DNA of 32,011 bases from Armatimonadota bacterium (GTDB taxonomy: Bacteria > Armatimonadota > Hebobacteria > CAIYQO01). Positions 17,736 through 28,600 of the stretch are shown in pieces. Each line of letters begins with the position of its first letter. Within the stretch, counting starts at the first letter, position 1. A program made the translations under genes and the position numbers. The notes under the pieces are model-generated. The model saw nothing but the letters and a program-made list of their open reading frames with translations. It did no database searches and was not told the DNA's origin. The stretch covers positions 1-32,011 of the forward strand of contig JBBRXO010000019.1 of assembly GCA_038248345.1 (NCBI GenBank), in the 5' to 3' direction.

Positions 17736-19783
17736 TCTTGGCCACAACAACCAATATCACTGCCATGACGCGTATACATGTTCCGCCCCACTTCACGTAA
17801 AGCAGAAACTAACTCGGTATGCGGGCGATCTGTTATATCCACCAGTCCAAATCCCTGCCTTTCGCCATCCAAATCACGGCCTGTTACCATTTCGTCAATA
17901 TATTGGAACCAATGACACCCTCTGACAAATGGCAGATCAAAACATGCCTGCGTAAAATCATGCGAGAGTTGCGCACGCACAGCAGCATCAGGAGATAACC
18001 AACGTCCACCAAGTAAGCGCGCATCAGTAAGATCGAAACTGTACTCACTGATGACAATGGGACGCTTTACCGCCTCATACCAACCAGTTAGAAATGACGG
18101 CACATCCGCCAGTGTCTGATGATGCCATATGTACCAGTTGATACTAAGAATGTCAATATAGGGCGAGCAACCATCGAGTATAGCCTGGTGTGGCCGCAAC
18201 GCCAGGAAGCGACATCCCCAGAACAGGTGATTTGGATCCGCCGCCTGCAAAGCCGCACGAATTGCGGAGAAGTACCGCGCGGTATATCGACGCATAAATG
18301 AATCGCAGTCATCGGTACCAACTTCCGATAAACCGGGGGGATTTACCTCACGACGATAATGAGCAAGGTGGGCGAAACTGCGAAAACCGGTGCCCCATGC
18401 TATATTCAACTGCTCGATTGTTCGATACTTATCAATCAATTTAGCAAAGAAAAGACGACGGCTTTCCCAATGAGTGGGAAGGGCAAAGGGCGAATTCCAG
18501 AGACACCAGGTCTCTTCATTTTGCACAAAATAGCCCAGCAGGAATTTGTCGTCGACATATTGAGTGAGCTGGGTGAACGCTGATACCACTCGATCAAGAA
18601 AATCAGCATGAAAGACATCGGGAGTTTGGCGAAGAGGGAAGATGGTATCATGCGGATCAGCCAGCAAGCCGGTGAAATCCAGCGGACAGACGCGGTCCGC
18701 GGGGATCAGATATGGGATATCTCCGCCACAGGCATACTCAAGGTCAGACCAATTAGCCAGGGTATTCATACCCCAGGATTGTAAACGTGCAGCCGTCTCC
18801 TCCGCCCAACGCTCGCGCCAGGGTTGGCCGTATTTTTTGATTATATTAGCGCGGTAAAAGTTGACAACGTCCTGACCACACGCATAGGCATATTGGGGAA
18901 ATAACTCTATATCTGCAGGACGATCCTTCCATTCTGATGTCCAACAATTGCGAAACTCCCCCAGATATGGCGGTAAGTCGGCGAATATCTCTTCACGTCC
19001 AGATACACGGGTGGCAGTAACTGTACCCACACACGCAGGACCAAAACTGAGGAAAGGATTCCCGTCGGGAGTTACCAGCCACCATCTACTATCTTCAGCT
19101 TCCAACCGAAATAATGCCCCTGCTTCAAATTGTTGCCCATCCAGCCATCCGCCGAAGCAATCGCGTGATGCTGCTAAAGGCGTTGGAAGCGGTGTTAGCC
19201 CATCTGCTACCAGCTCTGCGTCATTGCCCACTTTACCAGACCACGAGGTGGCGACGGGCTGTCCATATCGATCAACATGCGGGCTAAAGAACTCGGTTGC
19301 AGTTATCTCGTGGAGGCGAATACCGTAGATAATCACCTCGCCGGGTGAAGCGGAGCGCCAGTCCCAGCGTAGATGATCGGCCATTAACGTATCCTGACAG
19401 AGACGGAAAGTACTGGCATCGGTAACGATAGTGGTCAGCTCGGCTACTGGTAACTCGAAATATTCATGCATCTCTGCATGACTGCCCAACCATCCTGCTC
19501 CTCGTGCGCGTGCTCGGATCCGCACCGGTTGCTCCGCATTATGTGCCACATAGTACTCAATTTTCGCTGTATGCAACAGTGGGAGTGCCACATCGCCTTC
19601 ATTATTGGAGCGAAAAATAACGTCGCATTGCACCCCGGCAGGATATTGGAGATGAATAGCATTGCCACAGTGTCTGACGGTAACGCCGCGAACGGGTATT
19701 GCGTATAGATGCTGAAGCGGCATAGTCGCCATCTTAGCCTCATTATTGATATCGGAAAAGCAGTGAAAAATCTCATTTGCCAT
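17732..19783 (-). CDS. GH50-like (beta-agarase family) glycoside hydrolase, no signal peptide
   Basis: VDRYGQ, WWLVTPDGNPFLSFG, NFYRANIIKKYG, RLQSWGMNTLANWS, GYFVQNE (acid/base), DPNHLFWGCRF, IVISEYSF (nucleophile) and GCHWFQYIDE..TGR..DGE...FGLVD. Confidence 0.88.
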   Translation of the reverse strand: MANEIFHCFSDINNEAKMATMPLQHLYAIPVRGVTVRHCGNAIHLQYPAGVQCDVIFRSNNEGDVALPLLHTAKIEYYVAHNAEQPVRIRARARGAGWLGSHAEMHEYFELPVAELTTIVTDASTFRLCQDTLMADHLRWDWRSASPGEVIIYGIRLHEITATEFFSPHVDRYGQPVATSWSGKVGNDAELVADGLTPLPTPLAASRDCFGGWLDGQQFEAGALFRLEAEDSRWWLVTPDGNPFLSFGPACVGTVTATRVSGREEIFADLPPYLGEFRNCWTSEWKDRPADIELFPQYAYACGQDVVNFYRANIIKKYGQPWRERWAEETAARLQSWGMNTLANWSDLEYACGGDIPYLIPADRVCPLDFTGLLADPHDTIFPLRQTPDVFHADFLDRVVSAFTQLTQYVDDKFLLGYFVQNEETWCLWNSPFALPTHWESRRLFFAKLIDKYRTIEQLNIAWGTGFRSFAHLAHYRREVNPPGLSEVGTDDCDSFMRRYTARYFSAIRAALQAADPNHLFWGCRFLALRPHQAILDGCSPYIDILSINWYIWHHQTLADVPSFLTGWYEAVKRPIVISEYSFDLTDARLLGGRWLSPDAAVRAQLSHDFTQACFDLPFVRGCHWFQYIDEMVTGRDLDGERQGFGLVDITDRPHTELVSALREVGRNMYTRHGSDIGCCGQE

Positions 19784-19834
19784 TTAATATCATCCTGGGT
19801 TCGCTTCTAAGGCGAGAAGGTTGCATCGCAAATA

Positions 19835-21718
19835 CTACAGGAAAGACGGAATATACGGGTTAAGCGAAAAATCAACATCCGTGTTGCTGGTACTGAATCG
19901 GCGCGTTGATATTACATCATTATCGGTATGGTGTAATAACTCGGTAAGCCACTCAGCAGCGACAGTATACCATTCCTCATCCGGGACTTCATGCCCTTTC
20001 CGCGGCATCAGGCATAGGTGTTTCCGCCCCGCCAGGCGTGCATAACAGGCTAGATTTCCAGATACCTGCGAGAGTTCATCTCGTAACCCGATGCTGATCA
20101 ATACCGGCTGGGTAATATATTCGGCAAAATGCGACGGCTCAAAATAGGCCAGCTGCTTGATTACCTGCTCGAAGGAGATCTCATCATCCTGGTAACGGGC
20201 GGCATTGGGTCCCCACTCCAATCCAGTCGGATTTCGCATCTGCCACTCCCATCTATTATTGGTGGGAACGCTAGCGACACACATTTGTATGCGTGGATCC
20301 AGCGCTAACAGCGCAATACCGATAGGCCCACCGCGGCTACCGGCGAAATATACCGACTGCTGCAAATCCGCCATTTCACGCGATGCAAAAAAATCAACCC
20401 AGCGCAGCATATCCAGGTAATTATAGAAAAAATTAGCCGTATATCGATATTGAAGCCCGGTACGGTAAGTGGCTTTACCATCTAATTGATAGGAGAGCAA
20501 AGAACATGCGGGTAACTCCCGCACCCAATCCAGGTGTGGCCCGCACGGAACGCCTATTATCACCGGGTATTTCCCTGGGGCGAGCGGCTCGCGGTAAATC
20601 CCGGTGATTCGCCGCCCGGCATAGCCTGTTATATGGACTTCGTAGGTAGCACATACGTCATCACTTTGCTCCGGTAATAACAAAAAAGACGGATCAATAA
20701 GAAAGTTCCTTTGTTCGGCAATGGCGTTTTGCCAAAAATCCCAAAAATCAGTCGGTCGGTATAATTCAGGGAGATAGTTGTCGATATTATAGACAAATAT
20801 AGCGTCATGATGGGCGATGACGTGCCCACCTTCGATAGCATTTAATTGGACTCGCCACGGCCCGGGGATATCCCAGGGAATTTTCCATGAACTATTATTT
20901 GTCTCACCGATGAGCTGAACTTTTGTACCCTCTTCATAAACAACTGCATCGGTTTGAAAGTCCAAAATTTTAACACGTAGTAGAATGTCACGAGTCTGGT
21001 CTAACAACATGATCGTTTGGCAGATTACGTCGAAAACAAAATACTTCCCGGTGCAAAAATGATGATCCGGCGCCTTACTAATCAATGATAACGTGAGCTG
21101 TTGGGCAGTCCAGGAACTCCGTGGGAGACGTATCTCTCCACATGTACGAACTCCTGCCTGGGCGAATATTATCAGATAGGTACCTTCTTCATCTCTACTG
21201 GTGATAATGCGATTATGAGATATCTCAATCCATGTGCCATTGGGAGCGCTGCAACGTACCAAAGTAGCACCGGCAGCATTTTCCCCCGGTAATGAGTATG
21301 ATACAGCGACGTCTGTAGCCAGGTAAATACGGTACTCCTGCTGCGAGTCGGGAATATCATAACCGATATCCAAGTTGATGAGGTCGGGAGAAAAGCGTAA
21401 AAACACGCCATAATCTTCCGCCGTAAAACGTAAATAATCAGTCCGCATACCACTGAAGGGATGCAAAAGGGGGAGATTATGGCGGAACCAGCCTATCCCG
21501 CCGGCGAGGTGCGAACAAGGACGTAAAAATTCGATGCCACTCACTTTCAGCGATTCGATGCGCCCCTGCTGCACAGCCTTAAAGCAATAGCTGTCAGATT
21601 CAAACTGATAATCGCCACTACTTCTTTTGTGCACTTCGCCATAGACAACATCAACAGCCAGCGGGCGGCTTGTTTGCTCGGATTGAGGCTCTATTAAGTT
21701 GTAGCTTTGCATATTCAT
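19835..21718 (-). CDS. Acetylxylan esterase-like (CE7-like) protein, paralog of 3200-5020, no signal peptide
   Basis: Shares PGPWR, RPxDFWxFW, ITGYAGRR, ATYRTG, LRWVDF, LALDPR, VPTNNRW and LSQVSGNLACY with 3200-5020. ATG 21718 follows GAGGT. Confidence 0.8.
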   Translation of the reverse strand: MNMQSYNLIEPQSEQTSRPLAVDVVYGEVHKRSSGDYQFESDSYCFKAVQQGRIESLKVSGIEFLRPCSHLAGGIGWFRHNLPLLHPFSGMRTDYLRFTAEDYGVFLRFSPDLINLDIGYDIPDSQQEYRIYLATDVAVSYSLPGENAAGATLVRCSAPNGTWIEISHNRIITSRDEEGTYLIIFAQAGVRTCGEIRLPRSSWTAQQLTLSLISKAPDHHFCTGKYFVFDVICQTIMLLDQTRDILLRVKILDFQTDAVVYEEGTKVQLIGETNNSSWKIPWDIPGPWRVQLNAIEGGHVIAHHDAIFVYNIDNYLPELYRPTDFWDFWQNAIAEQRNFLIDPSFLLLPEQSDDVCATYEVHITGYAGRRITGIYREPLAPGKYPVIIGVPCGPHLDWVRELPACSLLSYQLDGKATYRTGLQYRYTANFFYNYLDMLRWVDFFASREMADLQQSVYFAGSRGGPIGIALLALDPRIQMCVASVPTNNRWEWQMRNPTGLEWGPNAARYQDDEISFEQVIKQLAYFEPSHFAEYITQPVLISIGLRDELSQVSGNLACYARLAGRKHLCLMPRKGHEVPDEEWYTVAAEWLTELLHHTDNDVISTRRFSTSNTDVDFSLNPYIPSFL

Positions 21719-21967
21719 TATTATAACCTCATCTGTTTTCCGTAACAACTCGCTTGGAATTAGCTGAGCTATCTAGCAGTGTAATGGGCAATCGATGTAC
21801 TTTTTCAGTAAGTTTTTTTTCTTACTGTTTTCGCTCTGGACGTAATAACTCGGACCCGATCATCAATAAAAATATAGCATAAGCTCCCATGATTATCACT
21901 AGACGAATGACGCATCATCACTGGATAATTATTCGCCATATATATGATGGGAGTTAGTAATAATAAA

Positions 21968-21993
21968 GGCAGGTTATCGTCAGATAACCTGCC
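21968..21993 (-). terminator. Rho-independent terminator of pilin-like gene 1
   Basis: GGCAGGTTATC-GTCA-GATAACCTGCC, followed on the minus strand by TTTATTATT. Confidence 0.75.
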
Positions 21994-22028
21994 CTAAATG
22001 TGCTTACCCTTTTGAATGTCTCAATTCT

Positions 22029-23552
22029 CTAGAAGTAGAGGAAACTAACTGGACCTCTGGTTGTACCTGGACTATCGAAACAGTTTCCATTATATTGGTT
22101 TCCTTTTACTACTCCAGCTGTGGTGGAAGTAATCGACGTAGGTGGCTGGTAATACATATCACCACCAGTGTGTTCCTGTGAATCGATATAGTAGTCTGTG
22201 TTGGCAGCGAGTGTTACCGGCGTCGTCAACGCTACGTATTTGAAATTACCGACCGCTGTTCCGGTAGTCATATTGAGATCTACTGCTACATCAACTGAGG
22301 AACCAGTTTTCGATTTCAGTCTCATGTTGTGTGTGCCAGTCATAGTTGCAATCGCTGGATTGGCCTGGAAGATTCGTCCCAGGTGAGTAACAGTTATAGG
22401 ATTAGCCCCAACGGTAAACCAGAACCCCTGTCGGTATTCGCCCCCATCTGTAGAACCAGTGCCCAAACTAATACTGGTGCCTGTGACAAAGGGAATAGGA
22501 GGATTAATTACCACGCTGATCGGAGGGGTTGTGCCACCATTACAGGTCGCAGAAATGGTATATGTCGTTGCAACTGCTGGCATGGGGAATGTGATGACGC
22601 GCTGAGCGCCCGCAGGATGGGGAAGCACGTCTGGTGAAATCGTCCAGGTTGCATTTGCACCGGTAGCAACACCGTTCTCGTTTATAACGAAAGTATTGGC
22701 ACCCGCGGCAGCAGGTACTGGTGCCACTAAAACAAGATCAGCGACAGTGACAGTGAAAGCAGGATCAACTCCATTGGTCACCGTGAAGGTGCTGCCAAGA
22801 GCCGCTGACGGGAAGGAGATAGTGGCGGTCATCGCTGGTGATGTTGGCGAAACGGTAGTGCCCGCGCATGTCCAAGTAACTGCACCCTTATCAGTGACGA
22901 ATTGTAAGTTGCCACCAGCGGAAGATACCTTGTTAACGCCGCCAGCGACACCAACAGTGAAAGTTGCAGCCGGTGATACAGCGTAAGCAGAAGCAGCGTT
23001 ATTCCAGGTATCCTTGTTGGTGGCCTGTACGCGATCGACATGACCATCCAGTGCTGCGAAGAAGAAACCACCGGCATGGCGGGATTCTTTAACATCACCA
23101 AGACAAAAAGCGATGTTCGGCATTGTAGTACCGACGCCGGTATGCGCCCCATCGGCAAGGATCCACACAGCCGTTGGATCGCTAGTACCAGCTGTACCCA
23201 ATGCTACGCCAGAAAGCGAGAAGTTATAAACATACCCATTCGCGGTAGCAATGTTCGGGCAACGTGTTACGTTGTTTGCTAGCGCTAATGTAGCCAAGTC
23301 GGATGATAGTGAAGAGGTCAGTTTCAATGACTGCCAGATAGTGCCAGCATCCGGTAACAGTTCGTCGTGCTCTTGTGTGTACATACTAATGGCAATAGCC
23401 AGTTGGCGCTGGTTATTCATGCACTGTGTCTGGCGGGCCTTCTCGCGGGCCTTGGAGAACACGGGGAATAGGATGGCAGCCAAAATTGCGATAATCGCAA
23501 TGACTACCAGTAACTCGATGAGGGTGAACCCTCGACGCTGAGATGAATTCAT
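22029..23552 (-). CDS. Type IV prepilin-like protein (N-methylation motif, DUF1559-like, H-X9-DG) with two Ig-like repeats and a C-terminal DUF4082-like module
   Basis: [55 protein letters not shown]-terminal [18 protein letters not shown]...[21 protein letters not shown]. Confidence 0.9.
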   Translation of the reverse strand: MNSSQRRGFTLIELLVVIAIIAILAAILFPVFSKAREKARQTQCMNNQRQLAIAISMYTQEHDELLPDAGTIWQSLKLTSSLSSDLATLALANNVTRCPNIATANGYVYNFSLSGVALGTAGTSDPTAVWILADGAHTGVGTTMPNIAFCLGDVKESRHAGGFFFAALDGHVDRVQATNKDTWNNAASAYAVSPAATFTVGVAGGVNKVSSAGGNLQFVTDKGAVTWTCAGTTVSPTSPAMTATISFPSAALGSTFTVTNGVDPAFTVTVADLVLVAPVPAAAGANTFVINENGVATGANATWTISPDVLPHPAGAQRVITFPMPAVATTYTISATCNGGTTPPISVVINPPIPFVTGTSISLGTGSTDGGEYRQGFWFTVGANPITVTHLGRIFQANPAIATMTGTHNMRLKSKTGSSVDVAVDLNMTTGTAVGNFKYVALTTPVTLAANTDYYIDSQEHTGGDMYYQPPTSITSTTAGVVKGNQYNGNCFDSPGTTRGPVSFLYF

Positions 23553-23589
23553 GACTTTTCTCCTTTCAAATATCAGGGTTCAGCCATAA

Positions 23590-23677
23590 AGATTTAGCTA
23601 AACCAAGTATTATATTATTCGCTAGATTGCCTACCGTCAATAGACAATCTGCGCATTTTTACTGAACAAATTTCACA
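23590..23677 (-). promoter_or_regulatory. Promoter/operator region of pilin-like gene 1
   Basis: TTGACG (23640-23635), 17 bp, TAATAT (23617-23612). Upstream 33-bp block at 23645-23677 and an AGATTTAGCT motif are both shared with gene 2. Confidence 0.7.
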
Positions 23678-23849
23678 ATTCGCACTATAATCATTAAAAG
23701 AAATACTGATATCAGTACCATTTGAGACTCGAAAACAGAGGCCAACCTGATAGTATCCTATTTTATGAATAAAAAGTATACATGGCGAGGTAATTGCATT
23801 ATATCATAGTTTGATCACTGCAACATGTCGGGGTGTGGATAAAAAAGAG

Positions 23850-23887
23850 ATGCATGACAGGTTATAGATCAATAACCTGCCATGCAT
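23850..23887 (-). terminator. Rho-independent terminator of pilin-like gene 2
   Basis: ATGCATGACAGGTTAT-6 nt-ATAACCTGCCATGCAT, then CTCTTTTTT on the minus strand. Shares the CAGGTTAT/ATAACCTG core with terminator 1. Confidence 0.75.
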
Positions 23888-23926
23888 AGTTGATCTGATA
23901 TTTAGTTGTTATCTTTTTGAATATTA

Positions 23927-25435
23927 TCAGAAGTAGAGGAAGTTAACTGCACTATCAGCTTTGCCAGGGTTACCTACAGCGTTCCAGCCGCCATTAGGAG
24001 CTTGACGATATGCCTGGTTAATGGCTGACCCTGCTGTCGAAACTATGGTGAATGACCTATAGAATGTATCAGCAGCTTCTAGTGATACCAGGAAATATGA
24101 TGTACCAGCGGTGAGAGTTACAGGCGCAGTCAGCGGGACATACACATATTGCCCATCCGTTCCACTGGCCACGGATACGTCGACGGTTGCCAGCGTCGTT
24201 CCACTACTACTGGCAATTATCATATTATGTGTTCCACTATTACCGGCAATTTTTAATCGCCCCAGACTGGTTACGGTAATATTACTAGCTCCCACCGTGA
24301 ATTTCATTCCCATATAGTAATTCCCGCCGCCACTGCTATCGGCAGTAGCGCCAGTAGGCGAACTGGAGGTGTTAAACGGCACTGGCGGTGTAATTGAGAC
24401 CAGTAGCGTGTTAGTACTCCCGTCGGGGATTGTCGCCTGAATAGTGTAAGGCGTTGCCGATACCGGTGTTGGGAAGGTTATGGTGTACGGAGACACGCTG
24501 ACGGTCAACGCCGGGCTGACTGTCCAAGTTGCTGGCCCGCTATAAGGAGTCCCATTAACTGAAATAGTAAAAACGGAAGCGCCGATACCCGGTGTTCCCA
24601 CAGGAGCAAGGACGATATTCCTCACAGTGATAGTTGAAGCCGGATCGATCCCATTGCTCACCGAGAAGGTGTTACCTTCAGCCGCCGGGGGGAAACTGAT
24701 AGTAGTAACTAGCGCTGGTGATGATGGTGTGTTTATGACACCGGCACTCGGGGTCACTGTCCAAGATACAGGGCCTTTATCGCTGATGAATTTGACCGGG
24801 CCACCCTGTGGAGTGATCCCCGATCCTACCGGACCAGCGACGAAAGGAACTAACGTGGAAACAGCATAGGGTCCGGCTTTACTATTCCAAGTAGTATTGT
24901 CTGTTGCCTTCACGCGCTCTACATGGCCGTCAAGGGCTGCATAGTAGAAACCGCCAGCATGGCGCGTCTCATTAACGTCGGCCATGCAGAATGCCACATT
25001 AGGCATGGTGGAGCCAGCAGTGATGTGTGCTCCATCAGTGAGAACCCAGACTGCCGTCGGGTCATTGGTGCCAGCTATCCCCAGAGCTTCGCCGGAAAGC
25101 ATAACATTGTAGACATAGCCATTGGCTGCAGCCTTATTGGGACATCTGGTGACGCTGTTTGCTACCGCTAACGCGGCTTGGTTGGATGACAGCGCGGTAG
25201 TCAGTTTCAGCGACTGCCAGATTGTGTTGGCATCCGGCATAACTTCGTCGTGCTCTTGAGTGTACATACTAATGGCAATAGCCAGTTGGCGCTGGTTATT
25301 CATGCACTGTGTCTGGCGGGCCTTCTCACGGGCCTTAGAGAACACGGGGAATAGGATGGCAGCCAAAATTGCGATAATCGCAATAACTACCAGCAGTTCG
25401 ATGAGGGTGAACCCTCGACGCTGAGATAAATCCAT
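23927..25435 (-). CDS. Type IV prepilin-like protein, tandem paralog, with C-terminal DUF4082-like module
   Basis: Same [11 protein letters not shown]-terminus; [16 protein letters not shown]-terminal [18 protein letters not shown]...[12 protein letters not shown]. Confidence 0.9.
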   Translation of the reverse strand: MDLSQRRGFTLIELLVVIAIIAILAAILFPVFSKAREKARQTQCMNNQRQLAIAISMYTQEHDEVMPDANTIWQSLKLTTALSSNQAALAVANSVTRCPNKAAANGYVYNVMLSGEALGIAGTNDPTAVWVLTDGAHITAGSTMPNVAFCMADVNETRHAGGFYYAALDGHVERVKATDNTTWNSKAGPYAVSTLVPFVAGPVGSGITPQGGPVKFISDKGPVSWTVTPSAGVINTPSSPALVTTISFPPAAEGNTFSVSNGIDPASTITVRNIVLAPVGTPGIGASVFTISVNGTPYSGPATWTVSPALTVSVSPYTITFPTPVSATPYTIQATIPDGSTNTLLVSITPPVPFNTSSSPTGATADSSGGGNYYMGMKFTVGASNITVTSLGRLKIAGNSGTHNMIIASSSGTTLATVDVSVASGTDGQYVYVPLTAPVTLTAGTSYFLVSLEAADTFYRSFTIVSTAGSAINQAYRQAPNGGWNAVGNPGKADSAVNFLYF

Positions 25436-25463
25436 GACTTTTCTCCTTGCAAATTGATCGACC

Positions 25464-25566
25464 AGATTTAGCTATGAAAGATTTAGCTGAATCTTATATC
25501 ATATTATTCGTAACACCATCCACTGTCACTATTCAATCTGCGCATATTTACTGAACAAATTTCACA
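25464..25566 (-). promoter_or_regulatory. Promoter/operator region of pilin-like gene 2
   Basis: GTGACA (25529-25524), 17 bp, TAATAT (25506-25501). 33-bp block at 25534-25566 and two AGATTTAGCT copies at 25464 and 25479. Confidence 0.7.
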
Positions 25567-25613
25567 TGAAGAACTATTTTGCATGAGAGTTGGTTAAGAT
25601 TCTCTGTCGTTAT

Positions 25614-25653
25614 AGCAATGGCACATCCGTCGTCACCAGAATGTGCCATTGCT
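25614..25653 (-). terminator. Hairpin downstream of the 1960-aa gene
   Basis: AGCAATGGCACAT...ATGTGCCATTGCT, a 13-bp stem; weak U-tract. Confidence 0.6.
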
Positions 25654-25674
25654 TTCTAAAGCTACGCAGAATGC

Positions 25675-28600
25675 TTATTGCTTCCCAGCTGCCAGTGAGC
25701 TGATCTCTGCGGCGGACAGTACCCGGTTGTAGATGCGGACTTCGTCCACTTTGCCGGGCCAGTAGTCGGCGCCGCTTACGGTACGTGCAGCATTGATGGT
25801 AGTGGCGGTAGCAGTATTGGTGGCGGTCGCAGAAGTGGCCACCTGGGTACCATCAATATATAGCAGGTTGAAGTTGCCGGTTGTGCCGTTCTTTACATAG
25901 GCTACGTGATGCCAGGCACTAGCCGTCGGTAATGTGGTGGTGGTCACCAGTGGCGTACCGCCATTCTTCCACGCGCCGAATACGGTGGCGCTATTGTAGC
26001 CCAGATATATCCCGGAGCTAGCGCCAGTAACACCGACAGCAGTTTTGCGAACTGTCGGGGTGGCAGTAACGTAGAACCAGCAGCTTACAGTCTGACTTGC
26101 GTTGGCCGTCGGTAGCCCGGTAGCGCTGCCTTTGGTCACATACTGGCTAGTGCCGTTGAACTGCAACGCAGAGCTAATTTTGCCAGTCGTCCATGTTGGC
26201 GTTCCTGTTAACGTTCCTACATTGTTTGTGCCCGAAGAGTCGCCGGCGCTGGCGCCAGTGTTCTCGTTGAATTTCCAGAAGCACTTCAGCGCGCTGTCCG
26301 TTACCGTGTAAGTAATGGCAGCGGAAGTTGTGCTGACGTTGTTATTGTCGAAGGCTTTCGCCGTCAGGCTTATCCCACTGGCTCCACTGGCAGCTACACT
26401 AGTCCAGGAATAGTTCCATGGAGCGATTGTGGTAGTGCCCAGTAGGATACCATTGTTGTAGAACTCCACTTTGCTGATGGTACCATCGGAATCGGCAGCA
26501 TTAGTAGTGATGGAGATCGTCGCCGGTGCGGTTGTCGTACCACCGGTGATCGGAGAAGTGATGCTCACTATCGGAGCTGCGTTTACGCGGATGTTCACCG
26601 CTGTGGAAGTAGTAGCTGCTGAAGCATTATCAGTAGCTTTCGCTGTTACGGTATAGCTACCGGCTGTTACTCCCATCCAGTCATAGGTGTAAGGAGCTAC
26701 CGTATCGGTATTCAGCAGAGTAGCTCCGTTGTAGAATTCCACCTTGCTGATTATCCCGTCAGTATCAGTGGCCGTCGCCGTCAGGGTGACAGTAGCAGGA
26801 GCGGTGGTATATACCTGACCTGCAGTAGGAGCGGTGAGGCCCACTGTCGGGAACAAATTGCCGTATTTAAAACTTACCGGCCCATAGGAGTAGTTTGCCC
26901 CGCCGACACAATTAAAAGACCATACTTTGCAATCAATTTGTGCTGCTTGCGTGGGAGTAAGAAGTACACCATCCAGGAATGAATCGCCGCCATCATGTTC
27001 CTGGCTTTGCACATAATAAGAGGTGTTGGCGTCGAGTGTAAGTACGGCTGGTAATTCGACATATTTGAACTGCCCAACGGTACCACCAATCATCGTGATA
27101 TCAATAGATGCTATGGTGTTATTATTACTCGCCCGAACTAGTCGTAGATTATGAGTACCACTATTACCGGTGAGCATATATCTCCCCATATGTGAGAGAT
27201 TTATTGCAGTTGCGCCCACTGTAAATTTAAACCCCTGATAGATCTCACCACCATCGGTTCGCAGGTTTCCATTCGCTATAGAACGCACGAATTCCACCGG
27301 CCAGATACGTGTATAGTTGCCGCTAAGCACGTCACTCGTTATACAACCAGTTTTATAAGCGATGGCCTTCACCGTGGTGAAGTTCTGCGTACTATTGATG
27401 GTGATTGGCATTGTATATATCGTACCATTAGTCTCACTGGGAGTACTGCCATCCGTGGTATAGCGGATTATAGTATCCTTCGTTCCGCAACTAATAGTCA
27501 TTGTTTGTGCACTGGTGTAGATACCAGCAACTGGGGAAAACGTCGGCTTCAGACATCCATTGTAAAGGAAATCTAACGGTACATAGCAGGTATTAGCCCC
27601 TCCGACCCAGTTCCATCCTCCACCTCCACCGGGTCGATATGCTGAACCATTAACTGATGCCACTGACGTTGTACTCAACGTAGTAGCACCATCATAGAAG
27701 GTGTCGCCCCCTGTAACTTCCTGACATCCCAAGTAGTATGAAGTTCCTGCCGGCAGGGTTACCGCCGACGACAGTTCTGCGTATTGATACTGCCCGACTG
27801 CTCCAGTGGTCATTGATACATTAGCTGAGGCGATGGTCGCGCTATCGCTTACTCGAACCAACAACATACTATGGGTGCCGTAATTACCATTCAACATGTA
27901 GCGCCCCAGATGGGTAACGGTAATCGGAGTTGCACCAACAGTGAACTTCATTCCCTGATAGTAATCTCCTCCGGCGGTACGCAATGAACCAGGGGTAACA
28001 CCTGTAACCATCGGCACAGACCAGATGATGCTATAAGATCCACTCTGAACATCACTATCTAATAATCCACTCTTATATACAATGGCCTTCAAGTTACAGC
28101 TGGCATCAATGAGTACTGAAGTACTGTAAACAGTGCCTACTGTCGCACTTGGTGTAGTTCCATCAGTGGTATAGCGAATAGTCGCCCCGACGGTATTAGT
28201 GGATATCGTCACGTTTTGCACGGCAGTGTATGAACTTGCAAGTGGAGTGAAGCGCGGTGTATCGCATTGTTGTTGACCTTGCCAAGCGGTTGCGTATTTG
28301 AAGTTTACCGGTACATACGAGGTGTTCGTTCCATTTATGAGATTCCATCCACCACCACCACCAGGGCGATATGACGCCCCATTGACCGTGGCGACTGACG
28401 TTGCAGATATGACGGTATTCCCCTCATAGAAGGTATCACCGCCGGTTTGCTCCTGACTACCCAGATAATATGCGGTATTGGCTGCCAGTGTCACCGGTGA
28501 AGATAGTAACGCATAGGTAAATTGCCCCACCGTGCCCCCGCTCATGGAGATATTAACAGAAGCCATGGCGCCTCCATCAGATGCTCTAACTAAAAGCAGG

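Noticed and set aside
21884..21953. Inverted repeat CTCCCATGAT...ATGATGGGAG
   Set aside because: Short, imperfect and widely spaced; compatible with chance.
23661..23679. Rex or CRP site in the conserved pilin promoter block
   Set aside because: TGTGAAATTTGTTCAGT does not fit the Rex (N4) or CRP (TGTGA-N6-TCACA) consensus well; kept only as an unassigned motif.
25675..26300. T9SS, autotransporter, sortase or PEP-CTERM anchor on the giant protein
   Set aside because: The protein ends directly after the LamG domain with no such signature.
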